From positions 38,882 to 102,881 of the forward strand of contig DAOTMV010000012.1 of NCBI GenBank assembly GCA_035450485.1: a DNA stretch of 64,000 nt, given 5' to 3'. The notes under the pieces are model-generated. The model was not told the origin of the DNA, ran no database searches, and worked only from the letters and a program-made list of their open reading frames with translations. Of the stretch, positions 19,797 to 30,492 are shown one piece after another (position 1 is the stretch's first letter; each line of letters starts with the position of its first letter). The position numbers were made by a program, and so were the translations under genes. The DNA is from Anaerohalosphaeraceae bacterium (GTDB taxonomy: Bacteria > Planctomycetota > Phycisphaerae > Sedimentisphaerales > Anaerohalosphaeraceae).

Positions 19797-21407
19797 CTAA
19801 TGTTTGAAGTGGCGTTTGCCGGTAAAGACCATTGCGATGCCTGCTTCATCGGCGGCGGCGATACTTTCGTCGTCCTTCTTCGAGCCGCCCGGCTGAACAA
19901 TACAGGCGATGCCGGCCCTGGCGGCGTTGATGACGTTATCGGGGAACGGGAAAAAGGCATCTGAGCCCATGGCGGCGCCTTTTGCGGCGTCGCCGGCGTG
20001 CTTGAAGGCGATGAGACCGGACTCGACACGGTTCATCTGGCCGGCGCCTACGCCCACGAGCCGGCGGCCGTTGACGAGCGTGATGGTGTTGCTCTTGACG
20101 TGCTTGGCAACGAGCCATGCGATGCGCAGATCCTCGAGCTGGGCGGGGGTGGGTTTGAGTTTTGTGGGGTACTGCAACTGATCGGGCTCCCATCCGACGA
20201 GATCACGCTGCTGAAGGAGCAGCCCGCCGACGATGCAGCGGACGTCGTATTCGGCAACGTTTATCTTCGCCCTGTCGATGGGGCCGCTGGCCATCAGGCG
20301 GACGCGCTGGCCCCATTCTTTCATGGTTCGAATGGCCTTGACGGCGTCAGGGTCGAAGTCGGGTGCGATAATGACTTCGGCAAAGAAGCCTGCGGCGCCG
20401 GCGGCCTTGCCGAAGAGGCTGTAGGATTCCATGATCGTCTCGGCGAGCTTGAGGTCGACGTTCCGGTTGAGGGCGACGATGCCCCCGAAGGCGCTGACGA
20501 CGTCGCCGAGATAGGCTTTTTCATATGCCTTGAGGATGTCGTCATCGACGGCACATCCGCAAGGGTTGAGGTGCTTGACGACAACAGCGGCAGGCTCATC
20601 GAATTCCTTGACCAGCTCAAAGGCGGCATTGACGTCGAGCAGGTTGTTGAAGCTGATGGCGGTGCCGCCTTCGAGGAGTCTGGCGCTGCCGACGCTGACC
20701 TCGCCGCTGGGCGGGAGGACGTAGAATGCGGCGGTCTGGTGGGGGTTCTCGCCGTAGCGGAGGTCGATCTGTTTGGCCGCAGCGAGGGAAATGCGCTCGG
20801 GGTACTGGATGCCGGCCTTGGCGTTCAAGTACTTTGAGATAGCGGCATCGTAGGCGGCCGTGAGGCCAAACGCAACACGGGCGAAGTCCTTGCGAAGTTC
20901 TTCACCGACGGCGCCGTCCTTGGCTTTCATTTCCTCGATCATGCGGCCGTACTGGGCGGGGTTGGTTACGACTGTGACGTATTTGTGGTTCTTGGCGGCG
21001 GAGCGGACCATGCTGGGGCCGCCGATATCGATGTTTTCGATGGCCTCTTCGAAGGTACAACCCGGCCTGGCAACGGTCTGCTCGAAGGGATAAAGGTTGA
21101 CACAGACGAGATCGATGGGCTCGATGTTGTGTTCCTTGAGGGCAGCGGCATGGTCGGCCTTGTCGCGTATGGCGAGCAGGCCGCCGTGAATCTTAGGGTG
21201 AAGCGTCTTGACGCGGCCGTCCATCATTTCGGGGAAACCGGTGACGGCGTCAATGCTGACGACATCGATGCCCGCCTCGGAGAGGGCCCGCGCGGTTCCT
21301 CCCGTACTGATGATTTTGACCCCCATACCGCTGAGCTGTTTTACGAAGTCGACAAGGCCTTCCTTGTTCGACACGCTCACCAGCGCCGTCCTGATCTTGA
21401 CGTCCAT
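19797..21407 (-). CDS. purH: bifunctional AICAR formyltransferase / IMP cyclohydrolase
   Basis: 536 aa. MDVKIRTALVSVSNKEGLV (MGS-like domain) followed by an AICARFT domain. Canonical PurH. Confidence 0.95.
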   Translation of the reverse strand: MDVKIRTALVSVSNKEGLVDFVKQLSGMGVKIISTGGTARALSEAGIDVVSIDAVTGFPEMMDGRVKTLHPKIHGGLLAIRDKADHAAALKEHNIEPIDLVCVNLYPFEQTVARPGCTFEEAIENIDIGGPSMVRSAAKNHKYVTVVTNPAQYGRMIEEMKAKDGAVGEELRKDFARVAFGLTAAYDAAISKYLNAKAGIQYPERISLAAAKQIDLRYGENPHQTAAFYVLPPSGEVSVGSARLLEGGTAISFNNLLDVNAAFELVKEFDEPAAVVVKHLNPCGCAVDDDILKAYEKAYLGDVVSAFGGIVALNRNVDLKLAETIMESYSLFGKAAGAAGFFAEVIIAPDFDPDAVKAIRTMKEWGQRVRLMASGPIDRAKINVAEYDVRCIVGGLLLQQRDLVGWEPDQLQYPTKLKPTPAQLEDLRIAWLVAKHVKSNTITLVNGRRLVGVGAGQMNRVESGLIAFKHAGDAAKGAAMGSDAFFPFPDNVINAARAGIACIVQPGGSKKDDESIAAADEAGIAMVFTGKRHFKH

Positions 21408-21522
21408 TTCTCTGCGTCTCCTTACCTAATCGTCCTTGTGTTTACGGGTTCAACCGGTGCAGGGCTTTGCGCCGCGGGCGGGCCGGCAAACCTGCACGCT
21501 CAGGGCGCGACATGCCGCGCCC

Positions 21523-22641
21523 CTACTGATTCTTCTGTTTAATGCACATGACGCGCCCCTGCAAGTCTGCCACATAGAGCGAGGCATCCGTCGTGTTGAT
21601 TGCGTATTTTTCGACGGTGGCGAAATTGACAGAGCAAAGCTGCCCGCCTTTGGCATTGTCCATGACGGCGAGCAGGCCGGGTCGGGCGTAGACGTAGGCG
21701 AGGTCGCCTATTTCGACGATCACGTCGACACCCGCGGGCAGATGCCAGACGCTTTTTCCGGTCTGCTTGTCAACGGCGTAGACACCCTTGTCGTCAGCGC
21801 TCTGGTAGACAACGTTCTTGCCGAGGACGACGGATTTCGTGAGGGGTTCTCCTGCGTGAAAGGCGTCGGTCCAGGCGCCGCGGCCGGTGCGAACCGAGAG
21901 CTTGTAAAGCTTTGTGTTTTCACTGCTGACATACAGCCATTCGTCTTCGCTGACAATGGGAGCAGTGATGCGGCCGACGACGTCATAGGCCCAGCGCTTT
22001 TTGGCCTGATCGGGCCAGATGCTGATGACATGGCCGGATTCGGTGGTGAGCACGACGTACTCATCGTCGGCGGTGACGGAGTTGATCTGTGCGCCGTCGT
22101 CGGCAGCGACCATGAAATCCTGCCAGTAGCCATCCAAATTGATCGAATGCAGCCGCGTGTCGGAAGACGGCACATAGAGGCGGTAGCGGTTGGCGTCCAT
22201 AGCGCCCAACGCGGTACGCCCAAGCTGCTTGAGGTTCTTCTTGAAGGCTATGCCTCCGGCTTTGGGATCGACGGCAACGAGGTCACTTCCGACCATGAAC
22301 CATACCTGGCCGTCGCGCGACAGGGGCGAACTTACGGGCAAGCCCCGAAGGGCCATCTGCACGCCGAATCGAAATGCCTGTTTTTCGATGTCGATTACAT
22401 ACAGGTAGTTGTGATTTGTCAGGGCATAGAGATATGCATCGAAGACGAACAAGCGGTCGATTTTCTCAGCGGCTCGCATGGGCAGATTGACCTGCCAGGC
22501 GGGCTCGAGTCCGGCGGGCGCCAAGAGGTGCCGCTCGACCAGCAGGCCGGTATCGACAGTTGCGGCCGCGGCAGCGGACAACAACAAAATGACAGACAGT
22601 ATGACATTTCGATACATGGTTTTACCCCGGATTTTCATCAC
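21523..22641 (-). CDS. secreted PQQ-like beta-propeller repeat protein
   Basis: Signal peptide, then repeated …LY(V/A)….G.(V/L).(C/A)(L/I)D…TG…W motifs typical of PQQ-like (BamB-like) propellers. Confidence 0.6.
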   Translation of the reverse strand: MMKIRGKTMYRNVILSVILLLSAAAAATVDTGLLVERHLLAPAGLEPAWQVNLPMRAAEKIDRLFVFDAYLYALTNHNYLYVIDIEKQAFRFGVQMALRGLPVSSPLSRDGQVWFMVGSDLVAVDPKAGGIAFKKNLKQLGRTALGAMDANRYRLYVPSSDTRLHSINLDGYWQDFMVAADDGAQINSVTADDEYVVLTTESGHVISIWPDQAKKRWAYDVVGRITAPIVSEDEWLYVSSENTKLYKLSVRTGRGAWTDAFHAGEPLTKSVVLGKNVVYQSADDKGVYAVDKQTGKSVWHLPAGVDVIVEIGDLAYVYARPGLLAVMDNAKGGQLCSVNFATVEKYAINTTDASLYVADLQGRVMCIKQKNQ

Positions 22642-22670
22642 AATGACCCCTGCCGTAGTTCAGGATCGTT

Positions 22671-22967
22671 TCAGGCCAATGTGACATAGTCGGCCAGATC
22701 GATCCCATGGGCGTTCTCAAAGTCCCTCATCTCCTTAATCCGCTCCACATCGTCCCGGATGCGGTTGGTCAGCTTGAATATGTAAGGTTTGCCCGCCAGG
22801 CGATTTTGGAGGTCGTCCAGCATGGCGTCCCAGTCGCCTCCGTAGAGCTGCGACTTCAGGACGACGAGCATCTTGTGCTCATCGTCGAGGCGTTCAACGT
22901 AGGCCGCGACCGCCGATTTGACCGGCGTATCCTCCTGATTCTTGCGGTCTTGGGGTACGTTGGCCAT
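22671..22967 (-). CDS. hypothetical small protein
   Basis: 98 aa acidic protein. No recognised family; co-directional with atpC. Confidence 0.35.
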   Translation of the reverse strand: MANVPQDRKNQEDTPVKSAVAAYVERLDDEHKMLVVLKSQLYGGDWDAMLDDLQNRLAGKPYIFKLTNRIRDDVERIKEMRDFENAHGIDLADYVTLA

Positions 22968-23096
22968 CAGAAACCTCGTTAGTGTTTATGATAACCGCCT
23001 CGTGCCCAAAAATCAACCAAAAACCGCCAAGACACGGGGACAGGCACTGCGACACGATGTCGCTACAGGCCGTACATTCGGCACGACCTGACCGGC

Positions 23097-23531
23097 TCAT
23101 TGTCCCTGGGCCACGTTGGCGAGGCGGCCCATTTTGACCAGGAGCCGGGCCCGATCGACGTCCATGTCTTCGGTCTGGCGGATGTAACCGCCGCCTACGA
23201 GGACACTCCTGGCCCGTGAGATGAGAAGCTCAGCCTCCTCGGGGGCCATAGTCTCGAAGGTGGTGACATCGTAGGTCAGGACCGTGACGAGGTTGAGAGC
23301 GATTCGGGCGAAGCCCCCGTCGATCAGGTAGAAGGCATCCTTCCTGTCGGGGATGTCGCGGACTTCCATGATCCCGGTTCCGAGTTTGCAGAGCATGGGG
23401 GCGTGGTTTCTCAGGACGCCGCGCATGCCGTCGTGTGCCGGCAGGACGAGCGAGCCGGCTCGGCAGTCCAGCAGTTTACCCGAAGGCGTCAGGAGGACGC
23501 ATCGGAACACACCCATTGAGATTCGAACCAT
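23097..23531 (-). CDS. atpC: F0F1 ATP synthase subunit epsilon
   Basis: The β-sandwich N-domain pattern (LLTPSGKLL…AGSLVLPAHDGMRGVL.NHAP) aligns with E. coli epsilon. AAGGGAG RBS before the ATG at 23531; an alternative start lies at 23516. Confidence 0.8.
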   Translation of the reverse strand: MVRISMGVFRCVLLTPSGKLLDCRAGSLVLPAHDGMRGVLRNHAPMLCKLGTGIMEVRDIPDRKDAFYLIDGGFARIALNLVTVLTYDVTTFETMAPEEAELLISRARSVLVGGGYIRQTEDMDVDRARLLVKMGRLANVAQGQ

Positions 23532-23602
23532 GTTCGATCAACTCCCTTGAAGAGGTCTTTACGTTGCGAGCGCGGACAGGATGCCCCGCGGCGTACGTTA
23601 CC

Positions 23603-25072
<1,470 letters not shown>

Positions 25073-25080
25073 TCAATTGT

Positions 25081-25974
25081 CTAACGCATAGCCTCCACGC
25101 CGCCAATGATGTCGAGCAGTTCCTCGGTGATCTGGCCCTGGCGGGCACGGTTGTATTGCCTGGTGAGTTCGCGAATCATTTCACCGGCGTTGTCGGTGGC
25201 GCTGCGCATGGCGATGACCCTCTGGAGGTGCTCGCTGAGTGCGGCGTCGAGAAAACATCCGGTAATGGCGGTACGGACTATCATGACTGCAAGACTGTCG
25301 AAGAGTTCCGGGGCTGATGGGCTTAAGAGGAAATCCTCGAAGGCCAGTTCCCACGGCCAGATGACCGTCGCCCGCGTTGTGAGATCGTCTATGAGTTCGG
25401 AAACGGGCAGGATGGTGAGCGTCTGGGCCTTCTGGTTGGCCGGCGAGAAGAAACGGGTGTAGACGATGCTGAGGCGGCTTATTTCGCCGCGGCGGTACTG
25501 GGCGATGAAATCTTCGGCGATGTCGCGGACCTGGGCGACGGTGGGCATTTCTTCGAAATCGCTGAGGGCTCGTTCGATATCGATATTACGGGCGGCAAGG
25601 CTGGAGAGGATCTTGTTGCCGTGGGCGTAGATCTTGAGCCGCCGGCCGAAACGGGAAGCCATCTTGCGGTGGACTTCCAGCAGTTTCATGACGTTGGAGT
25701 TGTAGGCGCCGCAGAGGCCACGGTTACTGCCGGTGACGATGACAGCCTGGCAGTCGGACCTGTTGGTGAGCATGAGCGGGTGTTCGATCGTCTGCTCGGC
25801 GGCGACCATGAGGTAGGCGAGTTCGGCGAGGGCATCATAGAAATCGAGGCCCTGTACCCAGCGGCGGTAATACTGGCGATAGCGAACGGCACTGACCGTT
25901 TCCATCGTGTGGGTGACCTTGCCGATGTTCTCTGCGGCCTGGCGGCGCTGGAGTATCTGACGTGTTCCGGCCAT
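25081..25974 (-). CDS. atpG: F0F1 ATP synthase subunit gamma
   Basis: 297 aa. The N-terminal coiled-coil pattern (MAGTRQILQRRQAAENIGKVTHTMETVSAVRYRQ) resembles E. coli gamma (…MKMVAAAKMRKAQ). Confidence 0.9.
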   Translation of the reverse strand: MAGTRQILQRRQAAENIGKVTHTMETVSAVRYRQYYRRWVQGLDFYDALAELAYLMVAAEQTIEHPLMLTNRSDCQAVIVTGSNRGLCGAYNSNVMKLLEVHRKMASRFGRRLKIYAHGNKILSSLAARNIDIERALSDFEEMPTVAQVRDIAEDFIAQYRRGEISRLSIVYTRFFSPANQKAQTLTILPVSELIDDLTTRATVIWPWELAFEDFLLSPSAPELFDSLAVMIVRTAITGCFLDAALSEHLQRVIAMRSATDNAGEMIRELTRQYNRARQGQITEELLDIIGGVEAMR

Positions 25975-26016
25975 CAGTATATTCCCGTCCTAAGTTGTGT
26001 GCCTGTCATCGCCCCA

Positions 26017-27540
26017 TCAGCCGCCGAAAGAGAATTTGTAGATGGTTTTGAACGCCTCGACGGCCTCTTTGAGTTCGTCTTTCAACTCGTCGGGCAGGTC
26101 GAGCGTCTCGTTGATCTGATCGATGTACTCCGGGGCCTCGAGCTTCAACCAGTCGAGCAGTTCGTCGATGAAGTGGGCGACGGAGGCGACTTCGATGTCG
26201 TCGAGCATGCCGGTGGAGCCGGCAAGAATGCTGATGACCTGTTCACCGACGGTGAGCGGGGCGAACTGCTTCTGTTTGAGCACTTCGACCATGCGGTAGC
26301 CGAGGTCGAGCTGTCTTTGCGCGGCGGGGTCGAGCTCGGTGCCGAGGCGGGCGAAATCCTGCATCTCGCGAAAGGCGGCCAGGTCGAGGCGGAGCTTGGG
26401 GGCAACTTTGTACATGGCCGGCGGCTGGGCCTTGCCGCCGACGCGGCTAACACTGATGCCGACGTCTATAGCGGGCCGAACACCCGAGAGGAACAGTTCG
26501 CGGTCGAGGTAGATCTGGCCGTCGGTGATTGAGATAATGTTCGTGGGGATGTAGGCGCTGACCTGGCCTTCCAGCGTTTCAACGATGGGAAGAGCGGTCA
26601 GCGATCCGCCGCCGAGAGCGGCGGTGACCTTGGCACTGCGTTCGAGCAGGCGGCTGTGGAGATAGAAGATGTCGCCCGGGTAGGCCTCGCGGCCGGGCGG
26701 GCGGCGAAGCAGGAGGCTCAGTTCGCGGTAGGCGATGGCATGCTTGCTCAGGTCGTCATAGATGCACAGGGTGTCCATGCCGTGCTCGTACATGAAGTAC
26801 TCGGCGACGGCGGTGCCGGCGTACGGGGCGACAAACTGCATGGCGGCCGACTCCGATGCCGCGGCGGTGATCACGATTGTGTGCCCCATGGCTCCGTGGT
26901 CACGGAGCGTGCGGACGACTTCGGCGACCGTAGACTCTTTCTGGCCTATGGCCACGTAGACACAGGTAACGTTCTTGCCTTTCTGGTTGATGATCGTATC
27001 AAGCGCGAGAGCGGTTTTTCCGGTCTTGCGGTCGCCAATGATCAACTCGCGCTGGCCTTTGCCGATGGGGATCATCGAATCGATGCTCTTGATGCCCGTG
27101 GCGAGGGGCTCGTTGACTGGCTCCCGTTCGGCAATACCGGGCGACGGAGACTCGACGCGTCTTCGGGCCTCTGCTTCGATGGGCGGGCCGCCGTCAATGG
27201 GCTGGCAAAGGGCGTCCAGTACACGGCCGACCAGATTGAACCCCACGGGGACGGTAAGGACCGTGCCGGAGGACCGCACCAGCGATGATTCGGTTACTTT
27301 GGTGTAATCGCCGTAGATGACGGCGCCGACACTTTCCTCTTCCAGATTGAAGACCTCGCCGACGACGCCGTTCTCAAAGTCGAGCATTTCGCCGGCCATG
27401 GCGTTGTCGAGGCCGTAAATACGGGCGATGCCGTCGCCGACTTCGAGGACGCGCCCGACGCGGGCCACGTCCACCCGGCTCTTGTACCGGCTGATCTCCT
27501 GTTTGATCAGAGTACTGATTTCACTGACGTCGAACTTCAT
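26017..27540 (-). CDS. atpA: F0F1 ATP synthase subunit alpha
   Basis: Start [17 protein letters not shown] aligns with E. coli alpha MQLNSTEISELIKQRIA. P-loop GDRKTGKT. The upstream TTG extension is rejected. Confidence 0.95.
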   Translation of the reverse strand: MKFDVSEISTLIKQEISRYKSRVDVARVGRVLEVGDGIARIYGLDNAMAGEMLDFENGVVGEVFNLEEESVGAVIYGDYTKVTESSLVRSSGTVLTVPVGFNLVGRVLDALCQPIDGGPPIEAEARRRVESPSPGIAEREPVNEPLATGIKSIDSMIPIGKGQRELIIGDRKTGKTALALDTIINQKGKNVTCVYVAIGQKESTVAEVVRTLRDHGAMGHTIVITAAASESAAMQFVAPYAGTAVAEYFMYEHGMDTLCIYDDLSKHAIAYRELSLLLRRPPGREAYPGDIFYLHSRLLERSAKVTAALGGGSLTALPIVETLEGQVSAYIPTNIISITDGQIYLDRELFLSGVRPAIDVGISVSRVGGKAQPPAMYKVAPKLRLDLAAFREMQDFARLGTELDPAAQRQLDLGYRMVEVLKQKQFAPLTVGEQVISILAGSTGMLDDIEVASVAHFIDELLDWLKLEAPEYIDQINETLDLPDELKDELKEAVEAFKTIYKFSFGG

Positions 27541-27601
27541 TGAAGATTCCAACTCACACTCGCAGGCAATCCAGGCAAGGCCCGGCGTCGATGCAGCCGC
27601 T

Positions 27602-28183
27602 TCAGGGTGCGGCCTGCCTGCGTTCTTTTTCCTTCATATTCTCCACAATCGTTCGGACAGCGCGCTCCAGAGAGGACCTGACCGAACCATCGATCATCAT
27701 GTCGTCCTTGCGAAGGACGACACCGCCGATCAGCGAGGGATCGACCCGCACCGACAGCTTGACTTCGCTGTTGAGCGCCGCGGCGAGATCGGCTTTTAGT
27801 TTTTCGATAAAGGCCGCGTCGGGTTCCTTGGCGACGGTGACCTCGACCGGCTGGCGGTGGTGGTATTCGTCGGCCAGCGCTTCGAAACGGTCACTGATTC
27901 CGGCCAGGAAACCCATGCGTCCCCGCCGGGCCAGCACACAGAGGAAGTTAACAGTCAAAGGCGACAGGCGTCCGTCAAAAACGCGTCGGACGATGCCCAT
28001 CTTTTCCTCGCCCTTGATGATCTCGGAATTCAGCAGCGCGGCGAATTCGGGCTCCTGCCTGAGGATCTGGCGGACGACGGCCAGTTCCTCCTGGACGGTG
28101 TTAATCTCGCCGCCCTGTTCGGCAAGATCGAAGAGCACCTCGCTGTAGATCTCACGAACAATGTATCTGCGCGACTGACTCAT
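27602..28183 (-). CDS. atpH: F0F1 ATP synthase subunit delta (OSCP)
   Basis: 193 aa. Position and pattern match the delta subunit (…ARPYA.ALF…LGG.V…). Confidence 0.85.
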   Translation of the reverse strand: MSQSRRYIVREIYSEVLFDLAEQGGEINTVQEELAVVRQILRQEPEFAALLNSEIIKGEEKMGIVRRVFDGRLSPLTVNFLCVLARRGRMGFLAGISDRFEALADEYHHRQPVEVTVAKEPDAAFIEKLKADLAAALNSEVKLSVRVDPSLIGGVVLRKDDMMIDGSVRSSLERAVRTIVENMKEKERRQAAP

Positions 28184-28216
28184 GTATCCCGCCCGGCTTT
28201 CTGTGTACGCCTCTTC

Positions 28217-28837
28217 TCAACCCGCACCGCCTGCGCCGCCGGCATCCGGCTGTCCGGTTTCCTGGCGCAATCGTGCGATGGCCTGGTCGACCATTTTCTG
28301 ATGGTCGTCATCCCGCATTGAGCGGCCGAGGATTTCCTCGCCGAGGCGCAGGACAATGCCGCCGGCCTGATCCAGCAATTCGGATTCGGCCTGACGCCGC
28401 GCGCGGGCCAGTTCCATTTCCTGCCGGAGGCGCAGCGTTTCGGCGTCTCTGCGGGCATCATCCATGATGCGGCGGGCTTCCTTGTCGGCCTCTTTTATGC
28501 GCATGTCCATGATCTGCCGGCATTCCTTTTCGACGCTGTTGAGCTTTTCCTGGTACTGGGCCAGGATAACCTGGGCGTCTTTCTTGGTCTGCTCGGCATC
28601 GCGAATCTGCTTTTCAATATAGGTTTCGCGCGCCGTAAGGCCTTCGAGCACCCGCTTCCAAGCCAGTTTCCACAGGACCAGCAACAGGATCAGAAACGCC
28701 AGGACGGTCCAGATCGCGTCACCCAGCGTCCCGGAGAACGGACTGAGTTCTTCTTCGGCAGGGTGTCCCCCGCCGGCGAAAACAGCGGCGTTGGCACAGA
28801 GCAGCGTTACGAGTATCGATACGATACCGATCCGCAT
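28217..28837 (-). CDS. atpF: F0F1 ATP synthase subunit b
   Basis: 206 aa. Single N-terminal TM helix, then a long charged coiled coil; operon position supports the call. Confidence 0.8.
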   Translation of the reverse strand: MRIGIVSILVTLLCANAAVFAGGGHPAEEELSPFSGTLGDAIWTVLAFLILLLVLWKLAWKRVLEGLTARETYIEKQIRDAEQTKKDAQVILAQYQEKLNSVEKECRQIMDMRIKEADKEARRIMDDARRDAETLRLRQEMELARARRQAESELLDQAGGIVLRLGEEILGRSMRDDDHQKMVDQAIARLRQETGQPDAGGAGGAG

Positions 28838-28850
28838 GGATCAAACCTCA

Positions 28851-29198
28851 TCAGGACAGCCGCCACATCGCCAGGAAGCATATAATCAGGGCCAGCAGCA
28901 TGCCGCCTTCGATCAGGGCCGAAGCCAGGAGCATTGTCGTAAAGATACGCCCACCGGCTTCCGGCTGGCGTGCGATGGCTTCGCAGGCGCAGGAGGCGAT
29001 CCTGCCGATGCCCATTGCCGCGCCGAAGACAATGACGCCGGCGCCGATGACCGCGCCAAGGACGCCAAGCACGTCCCAGTGCGAAATCGCCGCTTGCCCA
29101 GCCGCTTCGGCCGCAGCGGCAGGCACCTCGGCAGCCGCCAGAATACCGCCCATCAAATCCAACATTGCAACCAAACCTCCCAATTCCATAACTAACAT
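28851..29198 (-). CDS. atpE: F0F1 ATP synthase subunit c, with ~30-aa N-terminal extension
   Basis: GAAMGIGRIASCACEAIARQPEAGG…LIEG helix hairpin with the conserved carboxylate. The first ~30 residues precede the usual start of the c-subunit. Confidence 0.85.
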   Translation of the reverse strand: MLVMELGGLVAMLDLMGGILAAAEVPAAAAEAAGQAAISHWDVLGVLGAVIGAGVIVFGAAMGIGRIASCACEAIARQPEAGGRIFTTMLLASALIEGGMLLALIICFLAMWRLS

Positions 29199-29222
29199 CC
29201 TTCATGATCCATCGCCGAAGCG

Positions 29223-30029
29223 TCAGTGCTCGGGATGGATTGCCAGTCCCATGAATATTGCGGATAGAAACGTAAATATATACGCCTGCAGAAAGGCGAC
29301 AAGCAGTTCCAGGAGCGACGCGGCGACCACGGCGGCGACAGTGAGTCCGGAAACCGCATAATTCTTGAAGATGACGATGAACAAAAACAGCGTTGCCACC
29401 AGGATATGGCCGGCAAAGATGTTGGCGAAGAGTCGGATAGTCAGCGACACAGGCTTAACCAAGGCGCCGATTATCTCCATAAGATAGATAAAGGGCGCCA
29501 TGGGCCAGGGCACATGTGGGATGAAGTTCTTGAGATAGCCGGCCAGGCCCTGCTCGCGTATGCCAGCGATGTGGATGGAGAAGAAGGCCATCAGCGCCAG
29601 CGACCCCACTACCCAGATGTTTGCCGTGGCAGCACCACCGAGGTGATTGGGAGTACCGGTGATGAGATAGATGATTTGCGCAAGGGGCACCATGCCAAGC
29701 AGGTTGAGCGTCAGGATAAAGAAGAACAGGGTCCATAGAAAGCCGACGTGCTTGTCCGTCCTGTCGCCGAGGAAGGGCCGTGCAATATCCTCGCGGATGA
29801 AGATACAGGTGGCCTCGATGAGGCCGCCAAAACCCCGGCGGACAAGACCTTTGCCCCGCAGGGCCAGAGGCAGAAGAATCATCAGGATGACGGCGCCCAG
29901 GGTAACCATAAACATGTGATTACTGAAGACGACGGTTCGGCCGAACAGTTCGAAAGTGAACAGTTCTTTGACCACGACTTCTTCAAGAGGATTGATCTGG
30001 GCCAGCATTGCGCCGGCTAATTCCAGCAT
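29223..30029 (-). CDS. atpB: F0F1 ATP synthase subunit a
   Basis: 268 aa. Conserved …SLTIRLFANIFAGH… region with the essential Arg. Confidence 0.9.
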   Translation of the reverse strand: MLELAGAMLAQINPLEEVVVKELFTFELFGRTVVFSNHMFMVTLGAVILMILLPLALRGKGLVRRGFGGLIEATCIFIREDIARPFLGDRTDKHVGFLWTLFFFILTLNLLGMVPLAQIIYLITGTPNHLGGAATANIWVVGSLALMAFFSIHIAGIREQGLAGYLKNFIPHVPWPMAPFIYLMEIIGALVKPVSLTIRLFANIFAGHILVATLFLFIVIFKNYAVSGLTVAAVVAASLLELLVAFLQAYIFTFLSAIFMGLAIHPEH

Positions 30030-30078
30030 GTTCGCCTTCCCTCAGTGCGGGGCGGTGTGACGCCCCGCGTGCAAATAT

Positions 30079-30318
30079 CTATTTGGATTCCTTGTAAAAC
30101 AAGTACACCATGCCTATAAAACCGATAAAAAAGCCCGTCAGCATCAGAAACGGGCCCGTACCGAAATACTCGTCCAGTTTATAACCGAAATAGCAGAAAA
30201 TCGCTATGACCGCACAAAACTCAATGCCCGCGCCCATCCATCGCAAGCCGCTTCGGCCGGCCTCGTCGTCGCGCCGCTTCTTTTCGTCTTGCTCGTTCAA
30301 ATCGCCCGGCGACTCCAT
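30079..30318 (-). CDS. AtpZ/AtpI-like small membrane protein (ATP synthase protein I)
   Basis: 79 aa, two TM helices. Located first in the atp operon directly upstream of atpB. Confidence 0.5.
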   Translation of the reverse strand: MESPGDLNEQDEKKRRDDEAGRSGLRWMGAGIEFCAVIAIFCYFGYKLDEYFGTGPFLMLTGFFIGFIGMVYLFYKESK

Positions 30319-30492
30319 TCCAGCCGTCCCACCCCTGTTGCCTTGTGCGGCAAGGTCCTTCGACCCGGGGTTTGCCTAAACCGGTGTCTGTCGCCGGCGG
30401 GCTTCAGGCAATCACCCGTGACCGGCGATTGCCGGTATCTTTAGCAATTTGCATCGAAAAGGCAAGTGCAAATTCGTGCGGTCGGTAAATTC

